The notes beneath the pieces were generated by a model that had not been told where the DNA came from, searched no databases, and saw only the letters and a list, made by a program, of their open reading frames with translations. The position numbers and the translations under genes were made by a program. From contig NC_043001.1 in NCBI RefSeq assembly GCF_006345805.1, positions 23,560,001 through 23,624,000 on the forward strand: a stretch of 64,000 bases of DNA, in the 5' to 3' direction. The first letter of the stretch is position 1, and every line of letters starts with the position of its first letter. The DNA comes from Octopus sinensis. Its lineage: Eukaryota. Shown in pieces: positions 62,161-64,000 of this stretch.

Positions 62161-62565
62161 CATATTCTTTTCTACTCTAGGCACGAAGCCCAAAATTTTG
62201 GGGCAGGGGGCCACTCAATTAGATCGACCCCAGTATGCTACTGGTACTTGATTTATCGACCCCGAAAGGATGAAAGGCAAAGTCGACCTCGGTGGAATTT
62301 GAATTCAGAATGTAAAGACAGACGAAAAATACCTATTTCTTTACTACCCACTAGGGGCTAAACACAGAGAGGACAAACAAGGACAGACAAACGGATTAAG
62401 TCGATTACATCAACCCCAGTGCGTAACTGGTACTTATTTAATCGACCCCGAAAGGATGAAAGGCAAAGTTGACCTCGGCGGAATTTGAACTCAGAACGTA
62501 AAGACAGACGAAATACCGCTAAGCATTTCGCCTGGCGTGCTGACGCTTCTGCCAGCTCACTGCCA
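62161..62565 (-). mobile_element. SINE family B dimer
   Basis: Same architecture as 16830-17232 in opposite orientation. Confidence 0.85.
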
Positions 62566-63339
62566 TAGTCTCTACTTCATATTGTGGATCTATTTTCTTT
62601 TGTACCTATCATCTTTGTAAATACTGAAATCATTCATGATTATTAGAAGGAAAACAAAAATAAAATGAAAATAAAAAATATCCATAAAACTATTCAAAAA
62701 ATTTCACATGGCATGTAATATGTTTTATCTCACGGCCTATTTTTACATGTCTATTCAATTTATCATTTTTCTCTGTATTTTCTACCCTGCAGCCAATCCT
62801 CACCTTTATATTTCTGCCATGATTCATTACATCATTTCTCTTTTTGAATGCTCTTTCTGCTTCATGAATATTCATGAAATGCTCAAATTTTACAACAAAC
62901 ATGTTTTTCAGTTTTATAAACACACTAGCCTGGCTTTGCAAAATGGTCACATTTAATTCAAAGCATTAAAAATGTTATGAAAACAATTGGTATGTGTCCA
63001 CAAAGTCCAAATGATTAATACGAAAAAACCCTCCAGGCTACATCCTGAAAATTCATTTCTTTGCCGAATTGCTACAATGTTTACGGTGATTCGTTTTTAT
63101 ATCTTGATTTTTTATTTTTCATGCAATTTACGCATGCTTGCACGCGTGGTGAAGACAGTTCACGTCAAACAGCTGACTGAGTAAAGTTCACTATTCAATG
63201 CATGGGATAAGGCCTAAACAAACACATTATCGATTTTTGCACTTGCAAGATGAATTTTGGAACAGAAATAGCGCAGTTCAATTTTCATTTGCCTAAACTT
63301 TAAATGACCCATTTTTGGTGGTTCTACGATTTGTTGGCT

Positions 63340-63411
63340 AGGAGATGTGCCGGAAAGTTAAACACACAGATACACACACAAGACACACAAGTTGAGTTTT
63401 ATATATATAGA
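63340..63411 (-). mobile_element. Helitron-like 5' terminus
   Basis: Minus strand A|TCTATATATATAAAACTCAACTTGTGTGTC resembles the 5' ends of the other Helitrons. 3' end not located. Confidence 0.45.
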
Positions 63412-63740
63412 TTTGATATCCTGAATGAAAGCAACTGTAGCAATAGCTAATGGAACACTTAATGGCTGCTTTTATATAATATATGCATGCATTATTTCTC
63501 CATGGATAAAATTGAATATTTAATTACAATAATAAAATTACACACAAAAAATAGTTTGATGAAAGAAAATTTTCAGGAGTGGCTGTGTGGCAAGTAGCTT
63601 GCTTACCAACCACATGGTTCCGGGTTCAGTCCCACTGCGAGGCACATTGTGCAAGTGTCTTCTACTACAGCCTTGAGCCGACCCAAGCCTTGTGAGTGGA
63701 TTTGGTAGACGGAAACTGAAAGAAGCCTGTCGTATATATG

Positions 63741-63783
<43 letters not shown>

Positions 63784-64000
63784 GTGTGTGTGTGTGTCTG
63801 TGTCTGTGTGTGTGTGTATGTGTGTTTGTGCGTTCGGGTTTGTCCCCCCAACATCGCTTGATGTTGTGTTTACGTCCCTGTAACTTAGCAGTTCAGCAAA
63901 AGAGACCAATAGAATAAGTACTAGGCTTACAAAGAATAAGTCCTGGGGTCGATTTGCTAGACTAAAGGCTGTGCTCCAGCATGGCCACAGTCAAATGACT

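Noticed and set aside
41-64000. Most 60-130 aa ORFs in the supplied track (e.g. ...CPRCHAVGLNPEPCGW, MFLQLDALPNANH..., HTHTHT/YIYIYI peptides)
   Set aside because: They recur because they are reading frames through SINEs, RTE-X 3'UTRs and microsatellites, not genes.

Overview
AT-rich animal genomic DNA, most likely Octopus (inferred from the very abundant tRNA-derived SINEs and RTE-clade LINEs with (GAT)n tails, which I recognise as octopus-type). Two host genes are supported, both on the + strand. (1) The last two coding exons of an ABCA-subfamily transporter, ABCA3-like (2467-2637 and 3652-4048). (2) A multi-exon stress-activated MAP kinase kinase of the MKK4/MKK3/6 group, with seven well-supported exons between 28534 and 48628 plus a candidate first exon at 24221. 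This kinase is divergent: its catalytic loop reads HKD instead of HRD, and APERI reads APELI. The HKD codon is one A-to-I edit away from HRD. The rest is transposon-derived: a near-intact mariner; Helitrons (fossil Rep segments, a helicase-bearing deletion derivative, short non-autonomous copies); a GGATC-terminal foldback/MITE family with 8-bp TSDs and TTAGGG tracts; piggyBac-type MITEs; RTE-X, RTE/BovB-like and Penelope fragments; and three SINE families, one forming tandem multimers. All calls were made by eye without alignments or database searches, and repeat boundaries are approximate unless a TSD is given. No prokaryotic-type system (CRISPR etc.) is present.
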